A stretch of DNA of 64,000 bases from Escherichia coli (GCF_024700885.2 NZ_CP117016.1); one strand, 5' to 3'; positions 10,434 through 24,421 are shown, counted from the stretch's first letter. Notes: generated by a model from the sequence alone, not told the origin. A program made the numbers and translations.

Positions 10434-13156
10434 TGTTGTGCCTCCTTGAGATCCTCAAGATGCGCGCCAGCCAGCACCGGAGCAATGCCGGACATACCCA
10501 TCGGCAAGCCCACCTGCCCTGCCGTCAGCCCTTCGGCGATTTCAACCGGCAGAGTGACCGTGTTGCCATCGTAGCTAAAGGAGACGCGAGTGCCCGCGTT
10601 CACACCCAACTTCGCGGCATCCGCCGGGTTAAGTTTGATGTACGGCTGTGGCATACGGCTCTGGAAAACCGGAGCACGCTGTGACAATTCATCGCTGCCA
10701 AACAGGTGGTAGTACGGCGCGATACGCCATTTCCCGTCTTGCGGCTGGAAGCGTGCCGGTACGCTGGTGAAGTAATCCAGACCATTTTCGCTGGTTTCAA
10801 ACAGACGCACGCCTGGATCGCCAAAGCGCAGTTTGCCGCCCACTTCGTCCTGGAATTTGTTCCACGCCTGCGGGGAGTTCCAGCCCGGTGCCCAGGCAAA
10901 CGGCACTTGCGAACGGTGCGCGGTCGGCTGGTTGTTACCTTCCATCGAGAAGGTGAACATGGTGTCAATATCCTGCGGCTGACGCGGCTCATGAACGCTG
11001 ATGTTGGCGCGCATGGCGGTACGACCGCTGTAACGGTGCGGCTCACGGGCCAGTTTCTGCCCACGAATACGGAATGTCGCATCCGGCGCAGCATCTTTGA
11101 TACCTGCCAGTTCCGGGATTTTCGCCACAACAGCGTCAATCACGTGGTCGAGCTGCGTCCAGTCCACTTCACGGCTCAGCAGGGTGCTGTGCAGCGAGTG
11201 TAACCAGCGCCAGCTTTCCAGCATGACAGTTTTGCTGTCGTAATAAGCCGGATCGTAAACCTGGAAGAAACGTTGGGCGCGACCTTCATTATTAATTACC
11301 GTACCGTCGCTTTCAGCAAAGCTGGCGGCGGAAAGTACCAGATGGGCGTTTTCCATAATCGCTGTGCGTTGATGGTCAACCACCATCACCAGCGGCGCTT
11401 TCGCCAGCGCAGCATTCACGCGGGTAGCGGAAGCGTGACGATGCAGATCGTTTTCCAGCACCACCACCGCGTCGGCGCGTCCGGTTTCCAGTTCGGTTAA
11501 CGCTTCTTCAAGCGATCCACCGCCCATAATGCCCAGCCCCATGCTGTTGACGGAACGGGCAATCATGGTGATACCGACGTCAGCGCCGCGACCTTTCAGG
11601 GCTTTTGCGACGTTAGCCGCCGCCTGAATAACTTCAGCGCTGCCGGCGTTCGTCCCGGAGATAATCAACGGTTTCTTCGCCCCCGCCAGAGCCTGCACGA
11701 TGACGTCGATTTTGCTTTGCAGCTCAGGTTCGATACCGTCAACCGCTGGTGCTGAGTTGTCCAACGCATGGGCGATGGCAAAACCTAAACGCGCCTGATC
11801 TTCAACCGGTGCGCGGTAAGTCCACGCCGCGATATCATCCAGACGGGTGTCATCAACGTTGGTAACAAACAGCGGATGCTTCGCTCGTTGGCCAATATTG
11901 AGGATTGCCGCAATCTGCCAGTCAGCCACTTTCTGTGCTGCCGCCATTTCGCGCGCTTTACCTTTCACCGCCTGACGCACTGCCAGCGCGACACGCGCCC
12001 CGGTCTGGGTAACGTCTTCGCCCAGCACCAGTACCGCATCGTAAGATTCGATTTCGCGCAGTGCCGGCGTATAAATACCACCTTCACGCAGCACTTTCAG
12101 CGCCAGCTGCAGACGCTCCTGCTCACCGTGAGCGATACCGGTGTAGAAGTTTTCTTCGCCCACCAGCTCACGCAGCGCAAAGTTGCTTTCCACGCTGGCA
12201 CGCGGAGAACCAATGCCGATCACTTTCTTCGACTGACGCAGAATATCTGCCGCGCCCTGCATTGCCTGTTCGGCGTTGAGGGTAATGAAATCATCGCCAC
12301 GACGCTGTACTGGCTGACGCGGACGATCTTTCAGGTTGACGTAACCGTAACCGAAACGACCACGGTCGCAGAGGAAGTAGTGGTTTACTGTACCGTTGTA
12401 ACGGTTTTCGATTCGACGCAGTTCGCCATAACGCTCGCCGGGGCTGATGTTACAGCCGATGGAACATTGCTGGCAGATGCTCGGCGCAAACTGCATATCC
12501 CATTTACGGTTGTAACGCTCGGAGTGCGTTTTGTCGGTGAATACGCCGGTCGGGCAAATCTCGACCAGATTACCGGAAAATTCGCTTTCCAGCGTGCCGT
12601 CTTCCGGGCGACCGAAGTAGACGTTGTCGTGCGCACCGTAAACGCCCAGGTCCGTGCCGTCAGCGTAATCTTTGTAGTAACGCACGCAGCGGTAACAGGC
12701 GATGCAGCGGTTCATTTCGTGAGAGATGAATGGCCCCAAATCCTGATTACGGTGGGTACGTTTGGTGAAACGGTAGCGACGGAAGCTGTGTCCGGTCATC
12801 ACGGTCATATCCTGAAGATGGCAGTTACCGCCTTCTTCACATACCGGACAGTCGTGCGGGTGGTTGGTCATTAACCACTCGACCACACTTTCACGGAACT
12901 GTTTCGCTTCTTCATCGTCAATGGAAATAAAGGTGCCATCGGAAGCCGGTGTCATACAGGACATCACCAGGCGACCACGCGTGTCTTCCGCGTTTTGGTA
13001 TTGCTTCACCGCACACTGGCGGCAAGCACCGACGCTTCCCAGCGCCGGATGCCAGCAAAAGTAAGGAATATCAAGGCCCAGAGACAGACAAGCTTCCAGC
13101 AAGTTGTCCGCTCCGTTGACCTCGTATTCTTTGCCGTCTACATGAATTGTAGCCAT
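10430..13156 (-). CDS. nuoG: NADH-quinone oxidoreductase subunit G (Fe-S, molybdopterin-oxidoreductase fold)
   Basis: ORF 10430..13162; N-terminal 2Fe-2S and 4Fe-4S Cys clusters; start set at the MATIHVDG Met (13156) rather than the ORF's first Met. Confidence 0.93.
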
Positions 13157-13208
13157 TAGCATGCTTCCAGTTTTCTCAGTCAGAGACTGAGCGTTAATCG
13201 AAATTCGG

Positions 13209-14546
13209 TTACCAGCGCTCTTTCAGCAGGTTCGGCTGAATCCCATTAATCAAATGGGTATTGCTGAACGGCTGTTTGATTCCCGCCTCAAATTCTTCGC
13301 GGAAATATTTGATGGCGCTCTGTAACGGCTCCACTGCACCAGGTGCGTGGGCACAGAAAGTTTTACCCGGGCCTAAGAATCGACACAGTTGCTCAAGTGT
13401 TTCGATATCGCCCGGCTGACCTTCGCCACGCTCCAGCGCACGCAGAATTTTCACGCTCCACGGCAGACCGTCGCGGCACGGCGTACACCAGCCGCAGGAC
13501 TCACGGGCGAAAAACTCTTCCAGGTTACGCACCAGCGACACCATGTTGATCTCATGGTCAACCGCCATCGCCAGCGCCGTACCCAGACGGCTTCCCGCTT
13601 TACCGATACTTTCGAATTCCATCGGCAGATCAAGGTGCGCTTCGGTCAGGAAGTCGGTACCCGCGCCGCCTGGCTGCCAGGCTTTGAATTTCAGACCGTC
13701 ACGCATACCACCGGCGTAATCTTCGAGGATCTCGCGTGCGGTGGTGCCGAATGGCAGTTCCCACAGGCCCGGATTTTTCACCCGACCGGAGAAGCCCATC
13801 AGCTTGGTGCCAGCATCTTTACTTTTCGAGATGTTCTGATACCACTCCACGCCGTTAGCGAGGATCGCCGGAACGTTACACAGGGTTTCGACGTTATTGA
13901 CACAGGTCGGTTTGCCCCATGCACCGGAGGTTGCCGGGAATGGTGGCTTCGAGCGCGGGTTAGCGCGACGCCCTTCCAGGGAGTTGATTAACGCTGTTTC
14001 TTCCCCGCAGATGTAGCGCCCTGCCCCGGTATGGACGAACAGTTCGAAATCGAAACCTGTTCCCATAATGTTTTTGCCAAGCAGGCCTGCTTCGGTGGCT
14101 TCGGCAATGGCACGGCGCAGATTCACTGCCGCTTCGATATATTCGCCGCGCAGGAAGATGTAGCCACGGTACGCTTTCAGCGCAAACGCGGAGATGAGCA
14201 TACCTTCCACCAGCAGGTGCGGCAGTTGTTCCATCAGCAGGCGGTCTTTATAGGTGCCCGGCTCCATTTCATCCGCGTTACACAGCAGGTAACGGATGTT
14301 CATGGATTCGTCTTTCGGCATCAGGCTCCACTTCAGACCAGTCGAAAAGCCCGCGCCGCCGCGCCCTTTCAGACCAGCGTCTTTTACCTGATTAACGATT
14401 TCGTCCGGAGACAGCCCGGTCAGCGCCTTACGCGCGCCTTCGTAACCGTTTTTGCTGCGATATTCGTCCAGCCACACTGGCTGTTTGTCATCGCGCAGAC
14501 GCCAGGTCAGCGGATGCGTTTCGGGAGTTCGGATAATGTTTTTCAT
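13209..14546 (-). CDS. nuoF: NADH-quinone oxidoreductase subunit F (NADH/FMN binding)
   Basis: 445-aa ORF; GxGxxG-type and C-terminal Cys motifs. Confidence 0.95.
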   Translation of the reverse strand: MKNIIRTPETHPLTWRLRDDKQPVWLDEYRSKNGYEGARKALTGLSPDEIVNQVKDAGLKGRGGAGFSTGLKWSLMPKDESMNIRYLLCNADEMEPGTYKDRLLMEQLPHLLVEGMLISAFALKAYRGYIFLRGEYIEAAVNLRRAIAEATEAGLLGKNIMGTGFDFELFVHTGAGRYICGEETALINSLEGRRANPRSKPPFPATSGAWGKPTCVNNVETLCNVPAILANGVEWYQNISKSKDAGTKLMGFSGRVKNPGLWELPFGTTAREILEDYAGGMRDGLKFKAWQPGGAGTDFLTEAHLDLPMEFESIGKAGSRLGTALAMAVDHEINMVSLVRNLEEFFARESCGWCTPCRDGLPWSVKILRALERGEGQPGDIETLEQLCRFLGPGKTFCAHAPGAVEPLQSAIKYFREEFEAGIKQPFSNTHLINGIQPNLLKERW

Positions 14547-15043
14547 TTATACCGCTCCAGCAGTTCAGGAATCGCTTCCGGGGTCAGATGCGCGTGAGTG
14601 TCCTCATCGATCATCATGTTTGGCCCTTTATCACAGTTCCCCAGGCAGCAAGTTGGCAGCAGCGTAAAGCGACCGTCAAATGTCGTTTGCCCTGGTTTGA
14701 TGTTCAGCTTTTTCTCGAGCGCCGCCTGAATACCCTGATAACCGTTGATATGACAGACCACGCTGTCGCAATAACGGATCACATGGCGACCAACCGGCTG
14801 GCGGAAGATCTGGCTATAAAACGTTGCCACACCTTCGACGTCGCTCGCCGGAATACCCAGCACATCGGCGATCGCGTGGATCGCGCCATCCGGCACCCAG
14901 CCACGCTGCTTCTGAACGATTTTCAGCGCTTCAATGGACGCCGCACGCGGGTCTTCGTAGTGGTGCATTTCGTGCTCAATCGCTTCACGCTCTGCCGCAC
15001 TCAGCTCAAAAGCCTCGGTTTGTGGTTGTTGATTCTCGTGCAT
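14543..15043 (-). CDS. nuoE: NADH-quinone oxidoreductase subunit E (2Fe-2S)
   Basis: 166-aa ORF; 4-bp overlap with nuoF. Confidence 0.95.
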
Positions 15044-15045
15044 AA

Positions 15046-16836
15046 TTAGCGGTCCACATCTGACATAACAAAATCGATACTGCCCAGATAAACAATCAGG
15101 TCAGACACCAGGCTGCCGCGGATCGCCGCCGGAATTTGCTGCAAATGCGCATAACTCGGCGTACGGATACGGGTGCGATAACTCATGGTGCTACCGTCGC
15201 TGGTCAGGTAGTAACTGTTGATCCCCTTGGTCGCCTCAATCATCTGGAAAGATTCATTGGCTGGCATCACCGGACCCCACGACACTTGCAGGAAGTGGGT
15301 GATCAGGGTTTCGATATGTTGCAGCGTGCGCTCTTTCGGCGGCGGCGTGGTCAGCGGGTGATCCGCTTTGAACGGGCCTTCCGGCATGTTGTTGAGGCAC
15401 TGCTCAAGAATGCGCAGACTCTGGCGCAGCTCTTCCACTTTCAGCATTACGCGGGTGTAGCAGTCAGAAACACCACCACCCACCGGGATTTCAAAGTCGA
15501 AGTTTTCATAGCCAGAATAAGGACGCGCCTTACGCACGTCGAAGTCGATCCCGGTGGCGCGCAGGCCCGCGCCAGTGGTGCCCCACTCCAGCGCCTCTTT
15601 CGCGCCATAGGCGGCAACGCCCTGGGAACGACCTTTCAGAATGGTGTTTTGCAGCGCCGCTTTCTCGTAAGACGCCAGACGTTTCGGCATCCAGTCGAGG
15701 AACTCACGCAGCAGGCGATCCCAGCCGCGCGGCAGGTCGTGCGCTACGCCGCCAATACGGAACCACGCCGGGTGCATACGAAAACCAGTGATTGCTTCCA
15801 CCAGATCGTAAATTTTCTGACGATCGGTAAAGGCGAAGAACACTGGCGTCATCGCGCCGACGTCCTGAATAAAGGTGGAGATATACAGCAGATGGCTGTT
15901 GATGCGGAACAGCTCAGAAAGCATTACGCGAATGACGTTAACGCGATCCGGCACGGTGATCCCGGCCAGTTTCTCTACAGCCAGCACGTAAGGCATTTCG
16001 TTAACGCAGCCGCCGAGGTATTCGATACGGTCGGTATACGGAATGTAGCTATGCCAGGACTGGCGCTCGCCCATTTTCTCCGCACCACGGTGGTGGTAGC
16101 CGATGTCTGGTACGCAGTCGACAATCTCTTCGCCATCGAGCTGCAAAACGATACGGAAAGCCCCGTGCGCCGACGGGTGGTTCGGGCCGAGGTTGAGGAA
16201 CATGAAGTCCTCGTTTTCGGTTCCGCGCTTCATCCCCCACTCTTCCGGTTTGAAGGTCAGGGCTTCCATCTCCAGATCCTGTTTGGCTTTGGTCAGCTCA
16301 AACGGCGAGAATTCGGTAGCGCGCGCCGGGTAATCTTTACGCAGCGGGTGACCTTTCCAGGTTTGCGGCATCATGATGCGGCGCAGGTTCGGGTGACCGT
16401 CGAAAGTAATGCCAAACAGATCCCAGGTCTCACGCTCATACCAGTTAGCGTTCGGGAACAGTTTGGTGAAGGTCGGTAAGTGCAGGTCGTTTTCTGCCAG
16501 CGCCACCTTCAGCATGATGTCGCGGTTACGATCGATAGAAATCAGATGGTAGAAAACGGAAAAATCCGCGGCAGGTAACCCTTCGCGGTGTGTGCGCAGA
16601 CGTTCGTCCATGCCGTGTAAGTCAAACAGCATGACGTAAGGTTTCGGCAGTTTCTTTAAGAAATCGCCAACTTCCAGTAATTGTTCACGCTTGATCCACA
16701 CAACGGGAACCCCGGTGCGAGTCGCCTGAACAGTAAAGGCATCCGGCCCAAAACGGTTGCGCAGTTCGCCAATCACCGGATCATCAAGATGATCGCGGGT
16801 CTGCCAGGCGGGTTCTTGCGCGGTTAAGTCGGTCAT
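15046..16836 (-). CDS. nuoC: NADH-quinone oxidoreductase fused subunit C/D
   Basis: ORF 15046..16848 (600 aa); fused 30-kDa/49-kDa subunit as in E. coli; start could be 16848 or the MTDLTAQ Met at 16836. Confidence 0.92.
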   Translation of the reverse strand: MTDLTAQEPAWQTRDHLDDPVIGELRNRFGPDAFTVQATRTGVPVVWIKREQLLEVGDFLKKLPKPYVMLFDLHGMDERLRTHREGLPAADFSVFYHLISIDRNRDIMLKVALAENDLHLPTFTKLFPNANWYERETWDLFGITFDGHPNLRRIMMPQTWKGHPLRKDYPARATEFSPFELTKAKQDLEMEALTFKPEEWGMKRGTENEDFMFLNLGPNHPSAHGAFRIVLQLDGEEIVDCVPDIGYHHRGAEKMGERQSWHSYIPYTDRIEYLGGCVNEMPYVLAVEKLAGITVPDRVNVIRVMLSELFRINSHLLYISTFIQDVGAMTPVFFAFTDRQKIYDLVEAITGFRMHPAWFRIGGVAHDLPRGWDRLLREFLDWMPKRLASYEKAALQNTILKGRSQGVAAYGAKEALEWGTTGAGLRATGIDFDVRKARPYSGYENFDFEIPVGGGVSDCYTRVMLKVEELRQSLRILEQCLNNMPEGPFKADHPLTTPPPKERTLQHIETLITHFLQVSWGPVMPANESFQMIEATKGINSYYLTSDGSTMSYRTRIRTPSYAHLQQIPAAIRGSLVSDLIVYLGSIDFVMSDVDR

Positions 16837-16941
16837 ATTGTTCACCATTGCAAATGGTCCGTGGTGACTGTCGGCGCAGTAAGCTTCGCGAAATAGATTT
16901 AGGAATAAGCGAAGAAAAATCCCTTTGCCGACAGGCGCAAA

Positions 16942-17604
16942 TTAAATCTCGTCAGGTGTACGCAGGTTGGTTACGGCAATGCGTTCACCGCGCTTGCGTT
17001 CGCGCTCTGATTGCATGTTGGCGCGATAAACGCCCTGATCGCCAACCACCCAGGAGAGCGGACGACGTTCTTTACCGATAGATTCCTGCAACAGCATCAG
17101 TGCCTGCATGTACGCTTCAGGACGCGGCGGGCAGCCCGGGATATACACATCAACCGGGATAAATTTATCGACGCCCTGCACAACGGAATAAATATCGTAC
17201 ATACCGCCGGAGTTGGCACAGGCCCCCATTGAGATAACCCATTTTGGTTCCAGCATCTGGTCATACAGACGCTGAATAACCGGTGCCATTTTGGTAAAGC
17301 AGGTTCCTGCAACGACCATCAGGTCAGCCTGACGCGGCGAAGCTCGCAATACTTCTGCGCCAAAACGCGCCACGTCATGCACCGCGGTAAACGAAGTCAC
17401 CATCTCAACGTAACAGCAGGAAAGACCGAAGTTATACGGCCAAATTGAGTTTTTACGACCCCAGTTAACCATGTCATTGAGCTTGCCCATAAACACGTTT
17501 TTGTTAACTTCTTGCTCCAGAGGGTCGGTTACGATCTCCTGCTTTTGCAGGGGGTAACGGTCGTTCTCACCGTTGGGATCTATGCGGGTGAGCGTATAAT
17601 CCAT
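16942..17604 (-). CDS. nuoB: NADH-quinone oxidoreductase subunit B (N2 cluster)
   Basis: 220-aa ORF with conserved CC...C...C(P) motif. Confidence 0.95.
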
Positions 17605-17619
17605 CTTAATGCCTCGCGG

Positions 17620-18063
17620 TTAGCGTTGACGATTAGCGATACTGTTCGTTTCCGGGTTCATACGCTCGCGGCGTGAACGCGCGGGCGTCCAGTCCAGCGC
17701 GCCAATACGCACCAGATAAACCAGACCTGCCAGTAACACAAAAATAAAAATTGCAGCTTCCACAAAGCCTACCCAGCCGCTTTCGCGGATAGAGGTTGAC
17801 CATGCGAACAGATACAGCGCTTCAACGTCGAAGATAACGAAGAACATGGCCACCAGATAAAACTTGGCGGACAGGCGTAAGCGGGCGGAGCCGACCGAGT
17901 CGATACCGGATTCAAACGGCACGTTTTTCGACCTCGCGCGTGCGCGACCGCCTAAAAACCAACCGCCTACCAGCATCAGGCAACACAGGCCAATGGCAAC
18001 GATAAGAAAGATAGCGAATGCCCAGTGATGAGCGATGACTTCAGTGGATGTTGACATACTCAT
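17620..18063 (-). CDS. nuoA: NADH-quinone oxidoreductase subunit A
   Basis: 147-aa membrane ORF; first gene of the operon. Confidence 0.95.
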
Positions 18064-18611
18064 TGCTTACTCATCAAAAGTAGCGCCAGATTCACTGCTC
18101 TTCACGGCAGATGGACGCCACATCGATTCATGGGGAGGAATAAAAAAAACCTTACAATCACTGTAGAAATTCTTTTATACAGCTAATTGATGTGGTCTTT
18201 TACTCCTTTCTATAACCTTTTGTCAACTTTAACAAAAGTTTCTTCACATTAGTTTACATAATATCAACACCATTAGCATTTAATGCCCTTTCACCCCAGA
18301 TCCTTGACGACTCCAGGATAATTAGATGTTGTTGAATCGTGTCCGTTGTGAAGCAATGGAAAAAATACGGGTCTATTTTGACAGGAATTTGTGTCGATTC
18401 CTCCCCCCAAAAGAGAGTATTTTCTTGATCTGTGACACGCTTTTGTCATTCCATAACAAAAACGCAGCAACAAATTTACGTATTTTTTAACATCATTGTA
18501 GCAGGTGATTTTTTTCAGGCGATTATTTGTGCGTTCGGGACGTGAATCTCTGGTGATTGAAAAATGAACAGTTTTGTACGTTCTGCACGATACGAGGAAG
18601 GCTTTTTACTA
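18064..18611 (-). promoter_or_regulatory. nuo operon promoter/leader region (AT-rich, about 550 bp)
   Basis: Long AT-rich non-coding region upstream of nuoA; from established knowledge the nuo promoter is complex; individual sites not resolved here. Confidence 0.45.
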
Positions 18612-18657
18612 AAAAAAAGCCGCTGGGGTTTAAAACACCCCCAGCGGCTCGTTTTTA
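18612..18657 (-). terminator. Rho-independent terminator downstream of lrhA (bidirectional-looking)
   Basis: Hairpin gccgctggggg...cccccagcggc flanked by an A-run (plus strand) and a T-run. Confidence 0.55.
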
Positions 18658-18692
18658 CACTATTGTCTCAGAAATTATCTATGGTCCGTCGA

Positions 18693-19634
<942 letters not shown>

Positions 19635-20543
19635 TTATCACTTACTGGCGGCTCATACTGAGCTGGTTAATGCTGTGCACACACAAACAAGCAATTCCAT
19701 TTGTAATGTGCCTCCCTGGCAGTTTCATCCGGAACCCGGACGAAAGTAAAAATGCATATGAGTTGCACTAAAAAAGCGACTCACATTGTTCCGTTATAAT
19801 GCCTGAAGTAGATCACAGAATATATCTTCAGGAATCGCATATCTATTAAGTTACTCACTCTTTTGTATTTATGACATGCGCGTGTTTGTATAAATGTAAA
19901 TGTGAGTCCTTGTTCCACTCTCGTGCAGCATCGCTGGTCATACGCGAACACGTACAAACAGCAATGGTGAGGCGGCATCAAGAGCAGGGATCCGTCATTT
20001 ATGCGAGCATTTTACCCCAAAAACCTTTTATTTATAAGGGTCATTGCGAATTATCTGATGCAAAGTTATGTTATGTTAGGCAAAGTAATCTTCTATTATT
20101 AATAAGCACAACAAAACCTTTTTGAATATTAAATAATTAGCATCATCCTCATTCATTAATCCCGCTTAACAATAGTTTCACACCTTGCACCCATTACGAC
20201 ACCTCGGAAATCATCACGCTGTTAAACTCTCCGTAATGCGGAAATATCATCATCACGATTCATTAGTGAATTCTTAAACGAGGCATTTTCAAACAATTAT
20301 CTTACAGATAAAAAAACCACACTCACAATTAAGAATCAGAACAATTCACTACATAACATTAATTACTAAGCATATACACCTCATTATTTTGCCATTATTA
20401 AGTTATTAACAGCACAATCGAGTCTTCCCCTCTGGCAAAATCTTATTCTGCAGACCTTCAAAACGCCGTCCTGGGGGAGTACATTGTTCTAAGCTGACTT
20501 CCACGGCAGGGAGTGGCGATAACAGCAAAAAAGGTCAAGATTC

Positions 20544-21761
20544 ATGTCCCCCATTGAAAAATCCAGCAAATTAGAGAATGTCTGTTACGACATCCGTGGT
20601 CCGGTGCTGAAAGAAGCAAAACGCCTGGAAGAAGAAGGTAACAAGGTACTGAAACTGAACATCGGCAACCCTGCCCCGTTCGGTTTTGACGCGCCAGATG
20701 AAATCCTCGTTGACGTGATTCGCAACCTGCCTACCGCTCAAGGGTATTGCGATTCCAAAGGGCTTTACTCCGCGCGTAAAGCCATCATGCAGCACTACCA
20801 GGCTCGTGGCATGCGTGATGTTACCGTGGAAGATATTTACATCGGCAATGGTGTATCGGAGCTTATCGTTCAGGCAATGCAGGCATTGCTGAACAGCGGC
20901 GACGAAATGTTGGTTCCTGCACCTGATTACCCACTATGGACCGCGGCGGTTTCGCTCTCCAGCGGTAAAGCGGTGCATTATCTTTGCGATGAATCCTCTG
21001 ACTGGTTCCCGGACCTTGATGATATTCGCGCTAAAATTACGCCTCGTACGCGTGGGATCGTTATTATCAACCCAAATAACCCAACTGGCGCGGTATATTC
21101 CAAAGAGCTTTTAATGGAGATAGTGGAGATTGCACGTCAGCATAATCTCATTATCTTCGCCGATGAAATTTATGACAAAATTCTCTACGACGACGCTGAG
21201 CATCACTCAATTGCGCCGCTGGCACCTGATCTGCTGACTATTACCTTTAACGGACTGTCGAAAACGTACCGCGTTGCTGGCTTCCGTCAGGGGTGGATGG
21301 TGTTGAACGGGCCGAAAAAACACGCCAAAGGTTACATCGAAGGTCTGGAAATGCTGGCCTCAATGCGCCTGTGTGCTAACGTTCCTGCGCAACACGCCAT
21401 TCAGACTGCACTAGGCGGTTATCAGAGCATCAGTGAATTTATTACTCCCGGCGGGCGTCTTTATGAGCAGCGTAACCGCGCGTGGGAATTGATCAACGAT
21501 ATTCCGGGCGTTTCCTGCGTGAAACCGCGCGGTGCGCTGTACATGTTCCCGAAAATCGACGCCAAACGCTTTAATATTCACGACGATCAGAAAATGGTGC
21601 TGGATTTCCTGTTGCAGGAAAAAGTTCTGTTGGTGCAAGGGACGGCATTCAACTGGCCGTGGCCGGATCACTTCCGCATTGTCACGCTACCGCGTGTCGA
21701 TGATATCGAGCTGTCTTTGAGTAAGTTCGCGCGTTTCCTTTCTGGTTATCATCAGCTGTAA
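20544..21761 (+). CDS. alaA: Glutamate-pyruvate aminotransferase (PLP-dependent, class I)
   Basis: 405-aa ORF; the lysine in the SKTY motif is the likely PLP-binding residue; matches AlaA/YfbQ. Confidence 0.93.
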   Translation: MSPIEKSSKLENVCYDIRGPVLKEAKRLEEEGNKVLKLNIGNPAPFGFDAPDEILVDVIRNLPTAQGYCDSKGLYSARKAIMQHYQARGMRDVTVEDIYIGNGVSELIVQAMQALLNSGDEMLVPAPDYPLWTAAVSLSSGKAVHYLCDESSDWFPDLDDIRAKITPRTRGIVIINPNNPTGAVYSKELLMEIVEIARQHNLIIFADEIYDKILYDDAEHHSIAPLAPDLLTITFNGLSKTYRVAGFRQGWMVLNGPKKHAKGYIEGLEMLASMRLCANVPAQHAIQTALGGYQSISEFITPGGRLYEQRNRAWELINDIPGVSCVKPRGALYMFPKIDAKRFNIHDDQKMVLDFLLQEKVLLVQGTAFNWPWPDHFRIVTLPRVDDIELSLSKFARFLSGYHQL

Positions 21762-21769
21762 TCTTAATT

Positions 21770-21796
21770 TCACTGCCGGAGATTGCATCCGGCAGT
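21770..21796 (+). terminator. Stem-loop downstream of alaA (10-bp stem), weak T-tract
   Basis: cactgccgga-gattgca-tccggcagtg. Confidence 0.4.
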
Positions 21797-21844
21797 GTTA
21801 TCCCGCCACAATGACCTGATGATGTCATCATACGTAAGGTCACT

Positions 21845-22444
21845 ATGAAACAGAGCCATTTTTTTGCCCATCTCTCCCGTCTGAAACTCATTAACCGCTG
21901 GCCGCTGATGCGCAACGTGCGGACTGAAAATGTGTCCGAACACAGTTTGCAGGTAGCGATGGTCGCCCATGCGCTGGCAGCTATCAAAAATCGGAAATTT
22001 GGCGGTAATGTCAACGCCGAACGTATCGCTTTACTGGCGATGTACCACGATGCCTCAGAAGTGCTTACCGGCGATCTCCCTACCCCGGTGAAATACTTCA
22101 ATTCGCAAATCGCTCAGGAATACAAGGCTATTGAAAAAATCGCTCAGCAAAAACTGGTCGATATGGTTCCGGAAGAGCTGCAGGATATTTTTGCGCCGTT
22201 AATTGACGAGCATGCATATAGCGATGAAGAAAAATCGCTGGTGAAACAGGCAGATGCACTGTGTGCATATCTGAAATGTCTGGAAGAACTCGCGGCGGGA
22301 AATAATGAATTCTTGCTGGCAAAAACGCGACTGGAAGCGACGCTTGAAGCGCGCCGCAGCCAGGAGATGGACTACTTCATGGAAGTCTTTGTTCCCAGCT
22401 TCCATCTTTCGCTCGATGAGATTAGCCAGGATTCACCGCTGTAA
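21845..22444 (+). CDS. yfbR: HD-domain 5'-deoxynucleotidase
   Basis: 199-aa ORF with HD motif (MYHDASE); matches YfbR. Confidence 0.92.
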   Translation: MKQSHFFAHLSRLKLINRWPLMRNVRTENVSEHSLQVAMVAHALAAIKNRKFGGNVNAERIALLAMYHDASEVLTGDLPTPVKYFNSQIAQEYKAIEKIAQQKLVDMVPEELQDIFAPLIDEHAYSDEEKSLVKQADALCAYLKCLEELAAGNNEFLLAKTRLEATLEARRSQEMDYFMEVFVPSFHLSLDEISQDSPL

Positions 22445-22454
22445 GCAGCCGGAG

Positions 22455-22497
22455 TCTGCGTCGCATCAGGCAATAAGCGCCGGATGCGACATCAGGC
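22455..22497. repeat. REP / palindromic unit between yfbR and yfbS
   Basis: ctgcgtcgcatcaggc...gccggatgcgacatcaggc. Confidence 0.5.
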
Positions 22498-22502
22498 TCT
22501 TG

Positions 22503-24335
22503 TCAAAACGGAAACAGCATCGGGATCATCACCACACAAACCGCCATCACGATAATGGTGAACGGTACCCCCAACTTCACAAAGTCACTGAAGCTGTAAT
22601 TTCCCGGGCCTAAAACCAGTGTGTTTACCGGTGAAGAAACCGGTGTCATAAAGGCGGCGGATGCTGCCATCGCCACGACCATCGCAAATGGATAAGGCGA
22701 CACACCCATCGTTTTGGCAGCAGCCAGCGCAATCGGAGCCATCAACACCGCCGTTGCGGTATTAGAGATAAATAGCCCAATAACCGCCGACAAGACAAAC
22801 AAACAACCCAGCATCATATGTGGCCCGTAACCGCCGCCAATGTCCATCAGCCCTTTCACCGCCAGCGCGACACCTCCCGTTTTCTGTAATGCCACAGCAA
22901 ACGGCATCATCCCAACGATCAAAATAATGCTCGGCCAGTGAATGGATTTATAGGCGCTTTCAGCATCGATACAGCGGAATTTCCCCATCAGCAGGCAGGC
23001 GATGATAGCGGCAACAGGATTAGGGATTTCATCGGTCAGCATTAACGCCACCATTAGCACCAGACAGAAAATCGCATGGGGTGCCTGGCTGTGCGCGGGC
23101 GATGCTTCACTCACCTCTTCCGGTAAGTTCAGCGCAACGAAGTCGCGGCCCTGTTTGGCCAGCATACCGATCAGTTTCCAGTTACCCACAACCAGGATGA
23201 TATCGCCCAGCAGCAGAGGCTCATCCGCCAGCGAACCTTCCAGCGCCACGCCATTGCGCTTTAGCCCCACCACATTCAGTCCGTAGCGGGTACGAAAACC
23301 AATTTCGCGCACCGATTTACCAATCAGTTCTGACTCAGGAATTAATGAAATCTCTGCCATGCCCACATCAAGGGCCTGGTCAGAAAAATACTCGCCGCGC
23401 AGTACCATCGGCTCCAGCAATTGCTCACTACAAAATTGCCGGAGATCGACATCAGCCGCAGACATATCAATAAGCAAAACGTCACGCGCGCGAAATTCAG
23501 AAACCCCATTAACGTTCACGATAACGCGACGAAAACGCCGCCAGCGTTCTACACCGATGACGTTAGCGCCATAACGCTCACGTAATTTGAGATCGTCCAG
23601 CCGTTGACCAATCATTGGCGAACCGGGGCGAATAGCCAGACGACGCGCACGCCCGGTCAGTCGATATTCACGGATAAGATCGCGAAAGGTTCGACGCGTC
23701 CAGCCTTCGCGCTGTGGGGTCTGGGTATCCCCTTTCAGCATGAAACGCATCACTAACATATACAAAATACCCAGCACCAGCACGACCAGGCCAATAGGTG
23801 TTACGCTAAAGAAACTAAAACCATGATAGCCTTCACGCAGCAATTCACTGTTGACTACCAGGTTCGGCGGCGTCGCCACCAGCGTCATCATGCCGCTAAT
23901 CAGCCCGGCAAAACTTAACGGCATCATCAGGCGCGACGGCGACGTTTGCATACGCATGGCAACGCTTAACACCACGGGAATAAAGATAGCGACAACGCCG
24001 GTTGAACTCATAAACGCGCCAAGCCCCGCGACGGTCAGCATCAACAAAACCAACATTTTGATTTCACTGTTGCCCGCCACTTTGACCAGCCATGTCCCCA
24101 TTACAGTGGCAACACCGGTACGGACCAAACCATCGCCAATAATGAACAAGGCGGCAATCAGGACAACGTTAGGATCGGAAAAGCCGGAAAATACTTCGGG
24201 GACCGTCAGCGTTCCGCTTAATGCAAACGCGACAATAACAAACAAAGCGACCGCATCCATACGCACTCTGCCCGTCGCAAACAAGACGATGGCAACGGCC
24301 AGTAATGAAAGAACCCAAATCAATTCACCGTTCAC
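22503..24335 (-). CDS. yfbS: Putative anion transporter with a central cytoplasmic regulatory (TrkA-C-like) region
   Basis: 610-aa ORF; hydrophobic N- and C-terminal halves flank a hydrophilic central region; matches YfbS. Confidence 0.9.
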
Positions 24336-24380
24336 AACTTATCCTTGTTAATTGAGGGGGATGACTTGATTCTGCCATAA

Positions 24381-24410
24381 AAAAGCCCCGACGAGACGGG
24401 GCTAAATCAT
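24381..24410 (-). terminator. Rho-independent terminator downstream of yfbT
   Basis: Hairpin gccccg-acgaga-cggggc with adjacent A-run on the plus strand (T-run on the minus strand). Confidence 0.5.
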
Positions 24411-24421
24411 GATCAGGTGTT

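Noticed and set aside
19781-20125. Small ORFs (66 and 84 aa) in the lrhA-alaA intergenic region.
   Set aside because: AT-rich low-complexity translations with no ribosome-binding site and overlapping each other on opposite strands. They are most likely non-coding.
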